Shown here: positions 33,373 to 46,127 of the stretch, one piece after another | Position numbering within the stretch: the stretch's first letter is position 1 | Layout: each line of letters opens with the position of its first letter | Assembly (NCBI RefSeq): GCF_018350175.1 | Contig: NC_058368.1 | Location: 68,946,001 to 69,010,000, forward strand | DNA length: 64,000 nucleotides | From: Felis catus | Taxonomy: Eukaryota | Direction: 5' to 3' | The notes under the pieces: generated by a model | Database searches by the model: none | What the model was told of the DNA's origin: nothing | The model's input: only the letters and a program-made list of their open reading frames with translations | Position numbers and translations under genes: made by a program

Positions 33373-36300
33373 CGTCCGATGCGGCCGCCCCGGTCGGGCC
33401 TTGCCCGCGACCGCAGGCGAGGGCGCACCTCGTCCGCGCGACTGCGGAGTCCGCAGGGTGTGGGGGGTGACTCTGCAGTGCAACGGCCGCCCTCGTTCGG
33501 CGTCGAGCAGTGATTGTCAGTTGAGGTCTCTGAGTACCACTTGGGGTCAATAGCTACAGTCTTCACCGTTGTCCTCGGCCTCCTGGACGCACCTGCAACT
33601 TGAAGGCATAGCCAGTCTACAGGGTGATCTCCTTCGGAAGCTGTGGTGGCATTGTCACCGAGTTGACAGAAGCAACTATTGTGTAAATTCAAAATAATCA
33701 TGAGAGAGAAACCAGAAGAATCCCTATGACCACTTGAGGTTAAGATATTTTGTCTTCTTTGAAAAAAAAAAAAAAATAAGTAAAGGAGAAATATTTTCCT
33801 ACGGAGAGTACTGAAATTTCAGGACTTGAGATAGTGCTTCTAACCAATGTATTCCGTCAAGTCAGTAACAGCTGACCTGCCAACGGCATTACAGGGAGAG
33901 ATTCTTTCCTCAGCTGACGCATTTCTGTTCCTCAAAATTGATGCTTAACTGTAGATGTTATCCTAACGTGTGACGCAGAACTAACTCGTGCATCGATCCT
34001 TGCTAGAGCAAAAAAAATCAGAACAGGTTGTGTACGAATACGATCTGGCTTTCGAATGTGTTAAATCACCTGCTTTGCCACCCAAAATGGAGGCTCTCAC
34101 AAGGGTTTGATCCGAATTCAACCCCCAAGCCCACCCTCTGTTAACAAAGCGGGCATGGTCTTAATTGACAAGAAGAAAGCGATGTGATGGGAAGATTGCC
34201 TCGCCTTACTCACAAGAAGTGTTCTGGTAGATTAACTAGTACCATCGTGTAAGGAAAATGAAGCCATGTTGCATCCACGTGTTCCCGTTTGCAGAAACCT
34301 CACAGGACAGTACACACATCTTGCATTTTTTACGTTCGTTAAAGCAGCAGACCTTCTTGCCTTTAAGGGCTCTGGTTGTGGTGTGATTCTTGGCTAACCT
34401 GCTTTCGAAATCACGTTTGCTATAGCAGAGCTTTATTGCAGGCATCTAAAAATTGAATAACCATGTGAAATAATTTGGGCTTAAAAGTAGAACATAAATT
34501 ATAGAGTGGAAGGTAAGGGACAAAAAAAAAAACCAAAAACAAAAACAAAAAAACACCAACCCTTTTATCTTTAATTTTCCTGGGGAATTATATAAAGATT
34601 TTCTTATAACAATTTCGCCCTGATTACTGAAGTGGCAAATAAAGCTAGAGAGAATATTTTCTTTTGAAAAGGTGCTCAAGCTCTGACATTTTGGGTTTTC
34701 ATAGCCGTGAAGTATTTATCATTTGCATGACTAGTGGCACAGGAAAAACCTATTCGTAGGTTTTACAATCAAGTGCAGAAGGGTTTTGAGCAAACTTCAG
34801 AGCTGTAAATGCTGAGGAGAGTATCCTGAGCGAATCCTCTGGAGATAGATTTGGCCTTCAGAACTGCAATAGCGCTGAGCCTGCGATCTGCATCCTGCCC
34901 CACACTTTGTTGCTTTCACACACTTGGGCAAGTAACCGCTGGTCTTCTGTGGGTACCTGAGAGAGGAGTGTGTGTTTGCGTGTGCACGTGTGTTTATTGT
35001 TCCTGAGAATTTGGCACAAGTCAGAGATCATTGCCTACACTGAGCATCCCGACTGCAGAATATAGTGTATCAAAAACATTTTTTAAATTATTTGCGTGTT
35101 TTTGACACTTTCTGAAATCCTTGGTAACCCCCAAGTGTTTAGTGAGCTGGCATTAAGCTTAGCGGATAGCAGAAAGGTGGATAGTACTTTTCATAGGTGA
35201 GAAAACAGAGATATGTGGATCCAACCAGGCTGTGATTGTTAAAAATCTTTGAATTGTGAATATTTGCATTCTTCAATATCGGTTTTTGTTTTTGTTTTTG
35301 TTTCTTTTATAACCCCCAATTGTGAAGCACCTTGTTTACAGGATGGAAAGTTCTAACCCATTTTACTGAAACAGATTTCAGTATGTAACAGTTGATTTGA
35401 CTCAAACCTTTAGAGAAACCAGAGATTCAAGAAGTACGATTTATCTACTGAAAAATAGAAATATTTGTTAGTGAATCGGTTGAGACTTGAAGCATCTAAC
35501 TTCTCAGAATGATTGTTTTTTTTAGAATTCCATATTTAACAGACAACTAAGAGCACATATTAAAAACATCTGTAAAGACTCTACAGTTTTACACTATGGA
35601 TTGCCATGCAGACAAGAAAAAGAAGTCAAATATGAAAAGTATGGCAAAATGTAAGGTGGAAAGATTAACTAAAAATCCGGATTTTCGTCCCCCGTGTTTG
35701 CGTCAGACAGTAAGGTGGGTTTTCACTGTAAAGATGTTGATAAGAACTGATTTGGCTGCCTGATCAGCGTCTGCACACAGCCCTTCATATTTAGTGACAA
35801 AGCATCAAAGATATCCAGAAACATGGGAACCCTCTTGTGCTCTTAACTGTTGGTATTTCATCTGGTATGAATATAACTCGGTTTGAATGAATGTGTTTGT
35901 TGAGATGTTAATAACAAGCTTAAGAACGGGAGGATTAAATTTGTTGGCACACAAATCATCGTGGCTACAGAGAAAAGTTGGTGACCTTGTGTCGCTATTT
36001 ATTTTATGCCCTGATCAGACTAGCACCTAGATAAGTGAAAGTTTTTCTAACATGCCTTAAAAATGTTATGGTTTGATCCAAAGACCCACTTTTTCTTTAG
36101 CTATTTGTGATAAGCTTTTTCCTTTGTTTTCCTTTTGTGTTGTTTTACTTTCAACACAGGCAGCGTTTTTTAAGTTCTTTTTTTTCCCCCTTTTATGTTG
36201 TAGCTTTTTGTGGGGGGGGGGGGTTCTTTTTCAAGCTGTGATAGTGATGGTAACGGATGCCTTTCATTTTGTTCAATTTACAACATACACGCCAGCATCG

Positions 36301-37015
36301 GATCAAAAGCGTTACGTAAAATCTTCCTTAAACTATCGAAAGGTGCTCCGTGATCTTTTCCTTTGGTTCGTAGAACTAGAACTGAATTTTTGACTAAGTG
36401 CTAGAATTGCCGTCACTCTTCTGTGGAAAAACTACTGATATTTTATGCTTTTCTTTGTGAAGAAATGTTGCCTAAGGATGTCTGCTGTGTGTTTTCAGGA
36501 GTTTTCCGATGGGAATGTTGTCCGTGTATGTCTGAATGTGAAAGTGCTTATTTTGTTTGTTGCTGTTGGTTTTCCGCTGGTTTGTTTTGGTTTTTAGTTG
36601 TTCTTCTCACTAGCCTTGTGTTCACGCTGGTAAGCTTTACCTGTCTCCTTGGCCAATCAAACGTTTGAGACTATGGGGGTCTTTTTTTTTTTTTTTTTTT
36701 TTTTAATTAACGTGTCATTGTGCATCTATTAAATCTTGATCAGGGTTTCAAGAATGACCGCAGTGGGTTTTGGAAACAGACTTATCATTATTGATTTGGG
36801 GTTTCCCAGAGATATAGTTCACAGTTCATTGTTGAGCTCTAATACAACTGACCATTTAAAATTGAACAACAGTTTATTGTTTTGTAACAATGTCAGTTGT
36901 TAAACCTTGACATTTCGATTAAAACATGGATTGTAGTTATAACTCAATGCAAATTCAACAGTTGTATTTGGAGTTAAATTATTTTAACAAATAAATTTAT
37001 TTAATGAAACTTCCT
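33373..37015 (+). other. RAP2A: RAP2A 3'UTR (approx. 3.6 kb)
   Basis: Follows the stop codon, essentially free of interspersed repeats, U-rich distal part, ends at a poly(A) signal; first SINE only at 37242. Confidence 0.75.
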
Positions 37016-37041
37016 CTGAATTGGTTTGGTTCGGTTTTTGT
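36990..37041 (+). terminator. Polyadenylation signal AATAAA with downstream GU-rich element
   Basis: AATAAA 36990-36995, ttggtttggttcggtttttgt at 37021-37041; variant ATTAAA at 36918-36923. Confidence 0.7.
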
Positions 37042-37241
37042 ACATGTTCGTGAGGGAAATGGGTTCAATATATACGAAAACAACTAAGAATTGCCGTAGA
37101 ATGAATTTAATACTCTTGATACAGAAATATCCAAGCTGAATTAAATGGACGATGCGTCATAAAAAAAAGGAAGGTTAATAGATCATTTTCATACCCTTCA
37201 TAAATAATAACACAAGAAAGACTTTAAAATTAGTAATTACA

Positions 37242-37461
37242 GGGGTAATTACTGATTTTACTGGGTGGCACAGTCGGTTAAATGACTGACTCTTGATTTC
37301 GGCTCGGGTCATGATCTCATGGTTTGTGTGTTCGAGCCCCGAGTCGGGCCCTGTGCTGACAGCGCAGAGCCTGCTTGGGATTCTCTCTCTCTCTGCCCCT
37401 CCCGTGCACTCTCTCTCTCTCTCTCTCTCTCTCAAAATAAATAAAATTTTAAAAAATAAAA
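37242..37461 (+). mobile_element. Can-SINE with rearranged 5' end
   Basis: Body and tail typical; head interrupted by an inverted copy of the target site (see findings). Confidence 0.92.
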
Positions 37462-38429
37462 TAAAATCAGTAATTACAAATACAAACTTGTCTCCATAAA
37501 TAGTGTTTTATATTTTTGAGGACAGCTAGCTAATTGGAAGTCTCAACGCTAATGTGAACACAATCATTCCAGGTAATTAACATTAATTAGCAGTTGCTCT
37601 GTGGTCCTGCTAGTGTAACTAAAATGTATCCTTCTAGTGAGGGGTTGGGGCTGTCTTTTTGTTGAGGTCTTGTGGATTTTCAGGTGCCAGAAGCTGGAGG
37701 TTGCTGCTCGGCAGGGCTGTAGGGCCTGCCTGTTCTATACGGGGCCCTGTGAATGTTGACAGAGGCTGTTAATTATGTACAGCCTTCAGCTGCCCTGATA
37801 AGGAGCCCATTCATTCCCTAAGCCAATTTAAACTATGCCTTTTGGTTATGTTGCCTTCAGACTCTGTTGAAATCCTCTGGCAACATTCCACCAGTTTAGA
37901 GGCTTCATTGTTTTAGAATATAAGAATAATCTGAATGAATATAACGGAGGCACTGTAGATAGGATCTCAAATATTTAAAGGAAAACGTGCCTATATTTTA
38001 GTATAATAAATCAGTATCTGATATGAGTTAGCCTCATGATCTCACTTGAAGCTTTTATAAAGTAATTAAACCTATCAAATTATAATTTCAATTGGGAGAA
38101 TTTCTTTATGGCCAAAGAGCAGTATTTTGAAATTCTCCCAAGTTGTACTATTTACTGATTGCTGGAGGGCCATGAATGGAAATCTAGGGAGCTGGAGGAG
38201 TAAAGTGCCGCCCAGTTTGGAACCCATCTGACCCCTGGAACCTGTGAAGCAGACAAAATGGTCACAAGTTCCCTAAAAAAGCTGCTCACCTATTTGTTTC
38301 TTAATTTTCAAAATATATGTTACATGTAAGTACTAATAAACCATAGTAGCACTCATTTGTCAAATGGATAAACTGGTTTCACATTTTTTAATATTAACTT
38401 CTCTGGTTTTGTTTTCTCTTTGAGGTATT

Positions 38430-38612
38430 GGGGGTTTTTCAGGGGGGGTGGGGGGGTTCAGAGAGAGAGAGGGCACAGTGAACGAGGGGGAGAGAGAGAG
38501 GGAGAGGGAGAGAAGCAGGGTTCACCCGATGTGAGACACGAGCTCACAAACTGCGAGATCATGACCTGAGCCAAAGTCAGATGCTTAACCGACTGAGCCA
38601 CCCAGGCGCCCC
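38430..38612 (-). mobile_element. Can-SINE (short/internally deleted)
   Basis: Reverse head ...gagccacccaggcgcccc; flanks share gaggtatt. Confidence 0.88.
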
Positions 38613-38987
38613 GAGGTATTAGATTTTTTAAAAGATCTGCTGCTTTTCCAGGTAAGATGATGTAGTATATCTTTTGGTACTTTCTTAGAACAGTAGTCTT
38701 CATGTTACCTTCTAGGATTTCTCTAAGATCTATTAGTGAAGAAAAAGAAGACTGACTATCAACTTGGAAGATTAAATACAAAGACCTATTTAGTACACAC
38801 GAACTAGGAAAAAAGAAACTGTAGGAATGATACTTGGTTTAGTTTATGGGAATTTTTTACAAAATCTTCCCATTTCAAAGACTCAGAAGTATCAAAGATT
38901 TCATTGTTTTATCATATGATTACAATTTTACATTGACAGTATTTGGGGTGTGATTTACATTTTTATCTTTTAAAATATCAGGTATCA

Positions 38988-39188
38988 GGGCACCTGGGTG
39001 GCTCAGTCGGTCAAGCGTCCCACTTCGGCTCAGGTCATGATCTCACGGTTCGTGAGTTCGAGCCCCACGTTGGCTCTGCACTGACGGCTCAGAGCCTGGA
39101 GCCTGCTTTGGATTCTGTGTCTCCTCCTCTCTCTGCCCCTCCTCCACTTGCATTCTGTCCCTGCACTTTCTCAAAAATTAAAAAAAAA
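38988..39188 (+). mobile_element. Can-SINE
   Basis: Head gggcacctgggtggctcagtcgg, A tail to 39188. Confidence 0.93.
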
Positions 39189-39391
39189 TTTTTTTTAATT
39201 TATTTTAAACGTTTATTTATTATTGAGAGACAGAGCATGAGAGGGGCAGAGAGAGGAGGAAACACAGAATCCAAAGCAGGTTCCAGGCTCCGAGCTGTCA
39301 GCACAGAGCCAGACACAGGGCTCGAACTCCTGAACTGTGAGATCATGACCTGAGCCGAAGTGGGACGTTTGACTGCGCCACCCGGGCACCC
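39189..39391 (-). mobile_element. Can-SINE, tail-to-tail with the previous copy
   Basis: T tail from 39189, reverse head ending cgggcaccc. Confidence 0.93.
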
Positions 39392-39539
39392 TGTTAACTC
39401 TTCCTGAATGGTGTCCACCACTGAATGGTGACCTCTGGTCAGCTATCGCTCATGGAGGGTTACGGTCACATCAGGCCTGGTGTGGCAACAAACAGGCATC
39501 CACACATAATCCCCGATCCCAAAGACCTCTTTGCTGTCT

Positions 39540-39843
39540 TACCCCATTCAGGCTGCTCTAACACAAGCATAAACCGGGTAGCTAACGAACAAATGTGTAC
39601 TCCTTACGGTTCTGGTGGCTCGGAGATCAGGATCAAGACCGGCAGATTTGGTGCCTGGCAAGGGTCCGCTTCCAGCTGCGCTGACTGCCCACTGTGCCCT
39701 CCCATGGCAGAAGGGAGAAGGCGGCGCTCAGGTGTCTTCCGTGAGGGCGCTAACCCATGACCTCATCCCCTCCTAGGGGCCTCCTGGGGGTTAGTTTCAA
39801 CATCTGAATTTTGAAGGGATGCACACATTCAGTCTATAGTACC
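39540..39843 (-). mobile_element. MaLR MLT1-like LTR
   Basis: caggctgctctaacacaag...ttacggttctggtggct...tttcaacatctgaattttg...cacattcagtctatag. Confidence 0.65.
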
Positions 39844-40519
39844 AGTCTTTCATCTCGCCTTTTCCTTTAAGTCAAGGCAAATACAAATTAGCCCCCTGGT
39901 AATAACATAATTTTTTCCCTACTTGTACTTACCAGAATCCCAGTAACCTGGGCCAAGCCAAAGTCCTGGGCACAGCCCATAGGGCTGTCGCTGACTCCGT
40001 TCTTTCTTCCCAAGGCAGGTGTGACCAGCCCGAATGAGTCCATGCTGGGGACTTTGAGGAGTCTGTGATGGATGGGAGTGGATGACAGTACAGCAGGGCT
40101 CCAGGGCTGTGCTATTTACAGGGTGTGTCTACTTCCTCAGGAAACACTCAGGCTAACAATAGGATCTGCCAGGGGCTGGCCTGGGGGGTAGGCATTGGAG
40201 GCACTGTGCTAGTTTGGGGACACCAGCAAAGCTGAGAGGGGCAGGGAGCTGTATTGCAGATACTCCCTTGAACAATAAACTCTGACTCCCCAGTATCCTT
40301 GACCTCGGCCCATATCAGGAAATGGTGAGTTAGCAGTGGCACTGAGAGAACATTGTCCAAAATATCCAGGAATCCCTGGATCCTATCCTCGAGGGAGGTG
40401 TCAGCTCGTGTGAAAGCAGCCTCACACAATGACGTGCACAAATGCACACACATATGCACACACACACACACACACACCCTAAAACACCGGGGTAAGGGAA
40501 TGGCAATTACTTGCTGGAG

Positions 40520-40831
40520 ATTTTATTTTTGTTTTTTAATTTATTTTTATTTTAGAGCATGAGTGGGGCAGGGCAGAGAGAGAGAGAGAGAGAGAGAGAG
40601 CATCTTAAGCAGGCTCAGCCTGGAGCCGAACTCAGGGCTTAATCCCACAACCCTGGGATCATGGCCTGAGCCGAAATCAAGAGTCAGACACTCGAGGCAC
40701 CTGGCTGGCTCAGCGGTCAAGCGTCTGACATCGGCTCCGGTCATGATCTCACAGTTTGTGACTTCAAGCCCTGCATTGGGCTCTGTGCTGACAGCTCAGA
40801 CCCTCAACCGACTGAGCCACCCAAGCACCCC
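40520..40831 (-). mobile_element. Can-SINE carrying a nested, opposite-strand tailless SINE head (40694-40795)
   Basis: Host reconstitutes as gagtcagacactc|aaccgactgagccacccaagcacccc once the insert is removed. Confidence 0.9.
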
Positions 40832-40842
40832 TGGAGTTCCAA

Positions 40843-40885
40843 TTTATTTTTTTTTAATTTTTAATTTTTTTAACATTTATTTACT

Positions 40886-40935
<50 letters not shown>

Positions 40936-41095
40936 TGTGAGTGAGGGAGGGTAGAGAAAGGGAGACAAAATCCAAAGCAGGCTCCGGGCTCTGAGCTGTC
41001 AGCCCAGAGCCCGAGGCAATGCTTGAACTTGAACCTTGAGATCATGACCTGAGCTGAAGTCAGATGCTTAGCTGACTGAGCCACCCAGGCCCCCC
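40843..41095 (-). mobile_element. Can-SINE with long (GA)n
   Basis: T tail, (GA)n, reverse head. Confidence 0.93.
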
Positions 41096-41707
41096 AGGAG
41101 CTTTCATTTTCAAGTGGCGGTACAGAGCTCTGGTGCACTGCCTGAACCCCAACTGATTCAGGTCTGCTCGAGGAGCTAGAAGGAGAAGCGAACCAAAGTC
41201 CTCTGTCTACATCTAGCCTGAAGCCTGAATCCTGAATCCGAATCCTGAAGGTTGCCTCCGCTAGCGAGAAGAACCGAAAGAGGAGAAGTGAGTTTGATCT
41301 AGTGCCCATCACAGCGTTCCCCTGGGCCGTCCTCCCAGGGCCTGACTGCGGGGAGGAGGAGGAGGCTCGCAGGAGGAGGACGCTCCTGGGGGAGCTGCCT
41401 CCAGACTTCTCCTCTCACTTCACAAGGGAGGAGAGGGAAGGATCGAGGGGCCCTGGCCTTCATCCTGGAAGGGCCATCTGGGCAGCCTGCACATGGCTGA
41501 AGGGGCCTTTAATCCGACTGCTGAACAGCAGCCCTCCTCCTTTTGGGAGCGAAACAGAGACGAAAGTGAAAACCAGTACAGGTTAGAGGGCGGCTTTTTC
41601 TCCACCAGAGCCAAAAACACCTTTCTTGGAAGCAAAGTTTGAATGTTTTCCCTTGATTTATTTTGTTTGCTTCATTATTCACTATGTTTTGGTTCATTTA
41701 CACAGTC

Positions 41708-42838
41708 TGTATTCATTATCTATTGCTGTGTAACAAATGACCCCAAAGCTTAGAAGCTTAAAACAACAAACATTTATTACCTCACAGTTTCTGTGGGGCA
41801 AGAGTCTAGCCATGGCTCTGGTCACTCCCAAGTCTGCAGTCAAGCTGTGGGCTGGGCTTTCAGTCATCTGAAGGCTTCACTCGAGGTCCATCTACCGCTA
41901 AGCTCCTTCAGTGGTTGTTGGCAGGATTCGGTTTCTCTAGGGCTGTTGCAGTGAGGCCCTTACTCCCTTGTTGGCTGTCAGCCGGAGGCCTGACCATATG
42001 GGCTTCACCACAGGGCAGCTCGCAATGTGGCAGCTGGCTTCATCCTAGCTGGCAAGTGAGAGCAAGAGAGGAGTACCAGCAAAATTGAGTCACAGTCTTC
42101 TGTTTTTATCTCAGAAGTGAAACCTCACCATTTTTCCCTGTTTGTTTCGTTAAAAACAAGACACTGGGTTCAGCCCACACTCCAGAGATCACACCAGAGT
42201 CTCCTGATGGTTCATTTTATGCGTCAATGTGACAGGGCCATGGGGTGCCTAGATATTTGGTCAAACATCATTCTGGGTGTTTCTGTGAGGGCATCTTTGG
42301 AGGAGATTAAATTGGCAGACTGAGTAAAGCAAGATTGCCCTCCCTGTTGGGGGTGGTCTCCTTCCAATCCATCGAAGACTTAAATAATACAAATAGGCTG
42401 ACCTTTCTCCAAATAACAGTGAATTCTTCCTGCCTAACAGCACTTTGAACTAGAATATTGGCTTTTCCCTGCACTCAAACTCAAACTGAAACATTGGCTC
42501 TTCCTAGGCCTTTAGTCTGCCAGCCTTCAGACTGGGATCATACCATTGGCTCTCCTGGTTCTCAGCCCTCCGGCTCAGACTGGCACTGCATTATTGACTT
42601 TTCTGGGTCTTCAGCTTGCTGACTCACCCGCAAGTCTTGGGACTTGCCAGCCTCCGTAATCTCATGAGCCAATTCCACATAACAAATCTCTCTCTATATA
42701 AATAGACGATACATGCATACAAACATACACACATACATCCTGTTGGTCTATTTCTTTGGAAAGATTCAGCTAATATAGGTGAGAATGCCAGGAGGCAAAG
42801 ATCATCGGGTGCCACCTTAGAAAGCTGCCTACCACATG
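41708..42838 (-). mobile_element. MLT1-like LTR interrupted by an MLT2-like (ERVL) LTR at ~42203-42775 (+)
   Basis: tgtattcattatctattgctgtgtaacaaatgaccccaaagcttag (MLT1); tgatggttcattttatgcgtcaatgtgac...atttggtcaaacatcattctgggtg (MLT2). Confidence 0.75.
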
Positions 42839-43944
42839 TTATTATAAATTTTATCCCATACTATCTCCCTACTTAGAGAATTATGATCCCAATCTAAGGA
42901 TTTCAGTGTATGCCATTTTTTCCCATTTATCTTGATTTTAATTCCTCCCCTACCATCATGCGTACCACTATATCTAGAAAAAATGTCCAGGGCACCACAG
43001 ACAGGCCAGAAGTCCTTACCTACTATGATACTAACTGGAAGGGCAGGAACTAATTATGTTTCAGTATTGAATATTACATAGGCATAAGTTAAATTTAGTT
43101 TTTCTGATTAAAGCAAAATAATTTCCCAAATACCCAGACGGAATATTTCCCAAACTGTATTCCCAAATCAATTCCCAAATACATTTCCCAAATGTGCCAT
43201 ACCAGTACAGTTTTCAGAGGAAATTGATTGGCCTTCATTAAATGAAAAACCAGCAATCTGACAGAGTATTCTTCCACGGGTAGATTCTAGAAGCTATTCT
43301 GCCATCTGCAGTCAGGGGATGGGACGGTTGAGTCTTGCTACCTCTTTAACTTCTCTTAGTCAAGGCTGATTACAACAAATTAATAAATTAATTTAAAAAA
43401 TAGTGAATATCTGATTTGGTTTCTTTTTTCTTTGTGAAGTTTTTTCATAATTGTCAGTAACAAAGCAGGTTGAGCCTCTGGTGACAGTTGATTTACTATC
43501 AGTTTGCTGCATTTACCTGGTTGCGAATTAACTGGCTTGGTTTATGGACTATTCTAGCAGGCCCATGAAATGAGAGGATCTTCCTCCCCACAGAGATTGT
43601 CTCTGAGAGGCCCTTGGTAATTAAGGAGGAGCTGATGAGATCTGGTGGGTAGATCTCTGAGTGGGAGGAGCTGTTCTGATTAAATTAGGAGCATGAAACA
43701 TGGAGGGTCCCTCTCTTTCCCCACTAGACCACGGGCCCCAAAGTTTGTTCTGTTTTTTTTTTTCTCTGCTACAGAGAAGCTAGTCACTGCAGTAATCAGT
43801 ACTAATTACCAACCCTACTCCCAACCCCACTATTCCCAGGCGATGACAATATCATAGGTCACTGTAGTACCTTAACCAAAACAAATAGTCTATAAAACAG
43901 TTTCTGCAACGAGCTAATAAAGAATTTACTGTAGTTTGAGGTCT

Positions 43945-45340
43945 GTTTGGTTTTTTTTTACAGACCCATAAACATACCTACAGTAAAATGCCCCAAATTT
44001 GTCTGCATACCTCAATGGACTTTTACGGATGTAACCACCAGCCACATCAAGATACAGAACATCCCTGTCACTCCAGAGGGCTCCTTCTCAGTCATTACCT
44101 GCACCCCAGCGGTAACTACTGTTCTGACTTCTTTCACCACACATTATTTTTGCCTTCTTGAACTCTACATAAATTAAATCGTATAGTGTGTACTCTTGTG
44201 TGTCTAGAATCTTCTGCTCAGCACTATGTCTGTGAGATCCACTCTTGCTGCTCCTATGGCTGTAGGGTGTTCTTTCCTATCATTGTATATAGTGTTCTTG
44301 CTTACGAACATACTTTGTTTATACAATCTACGGTTAAAGGACGTTTGTGTTTTTCCCAGTTGGGGTCCGTTGTGAATAAAGCTGCTGTGAACATTCTCAT
44401 ACATAACTTCCGTGGACGGGCACCGTGCTCATTTCTCCTAGATAGATATCCAGGAGTGGAGCCTCTGAATCACAGGTGTGCTTGCTGTTTGCCCTCAGTA
44501 GACCATTTTCTCAAGTGGTTGAACCAGTTTATACAATAACAAGCAATGTGCGACAACTTCGATTGCACATGTCATAGGCCGGGCTCCCTGGGACGCAGGT
44601 TCTGCGACAGAGCTTAGTGTGCAGGATTTTTGTAATAAAGTGCCACTGGGACCAACTTCTGGGGGATAAAGTAAGATTGGACAGAGGGAGAAGGTGAGCT
44701 ACAGTGTGGGGCTGACAGCAATCTGGGAGAGGGGTGGGGAATTAGAATGGCCCCTCAGAATTATCCCCAGTTGGGTCAAGTTGGCTAATCCTTTACGCCC
44801 TCCAGCCATCAGTCACTGTGACCTTGGATGAGATGCAGCCCAGACAGTCTCTAAAGGATTGGAGAAGGAAGTTGTCAGCACTGCCAGCAGCTGGGGCAAC
44901 AATCACTGTATTGAAACGAGATCCAGGCAGTGCCTCACGGTGTCTATCAGCTCCACACACCCACACACATACCTAACGCCGTCAGTGTTTTTCATCTAAG
45001 TCCTTGTGGTGGGTGTGTAGTTGTATGTCATGGTGCGTTCTACTTTGCTTTTCTCTAAGGCCGATAATAGTCACATGCTTATTGGCCACTGGTGATCCTT
45101 TTTTGTGAAGTACCTGTTCAGGTCTTTTGCCCATTGTTTAAATGTGTTGTTTGTCTTTTCCTTTATATTTGAAGTTCTTTATATTTTCTGGATATGTATT
45201 TGTAGATATACCATCCTAGTCTGACACTTGCCTTTTCACGCTTGTTCGAGTCTCTTGACACAAGGAAAGTAGTCAATGTGCCGATCTTTTCTTTTATAGT
45301 TATTTTTATTCTTTTAAAGAAATCTTTCTTACTTCAGGGA
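43945..45340 (-). mobile_element. Old LINE-1 3' fragment interrupted by an ERVL-type LTR (~44570-44950)
   Basis: L1-like text (gaataaagctgctgtgaacattc, gtgaagtacctgttcaggtcttttgcccattg) on both sides of an LTR-like block. Confidence 0.7.
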
Positions 45341-45917
45341 TGTTCTTGACCTCTTTTTCCTCAATAGGTTGCTGAGTTGGCCTTATGCATAGAATAACTG
45401 TAGAATAATTCCTTTAATCATAGAGTTTGTTGCACAAATAAACATGAAGCTGCCATCATTAATTAGTCTTTGTTTCATATTATTGATGATTTATTGAAAC
45501 ATTTAACTGGGAAGTTTGGCTCTTGGTCAGTGGATCCCCAAATGCATTTTACCAAGTACCAAGTCTGTGTTAAATAGGAAAAAGAATTTCATGATCAAAT
45601 ACATTTGAAAAACACCTGGTTAAACAAAATTAAGCATGTTTTCTACTGTAGAACTCCTTGGAATCTTCAACATTTTAATCTACATTATGCAACTTCAAGA
45701 GATGTGATAGATGCATCCTGTCTCTAAATTATTTGACCATAGAAACTTTTTTTTTTCTCAGAACATTTCATAGGACTAATGTTTCACAGGTCACGAGTTT
45801 AGTAAATATAAGGCAAGGGGTATGATATCTGACAAAAAAAGAGGTAAAAAAAAAAAACTAAATCCAAGAAACCATAGTGATATATTAAAATTTCACTAAG
45901 AATAAGAAAGGGTTAGT

Positions 45918-46127
45918 CTTTTTTTTTTTTTTTTTTTTTTTTTGAGAGAGAGTGTGTGTGTGCACAAGCAGGGGAGGAGAGGGGTAGATGGAGAAAGAGA
46001 ATCCCAGGCAGGCTCTGCACTGTCAGCATGGAGCCTGACACAGGGCTCGATCCCACAATCCTAGGATTGTGACCTGAGCCAAAATCAAGAGTCAGACACT
46101 CAATGAACTGAGCCGCCAAGGTGCCCC
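45918..46127 (-). mobile_element. Can-SINE
   Basis: Long poly-T tail, reverse head ...aggtgcccc. Confidence 0.92.

Noticed and set aside
43121..43192. Repeat-spacer pattern suggesting a CRISPR-like array
   Set aside because: Eukaryotic context, 8-10 bp units with tiny spacers, no cas genes.
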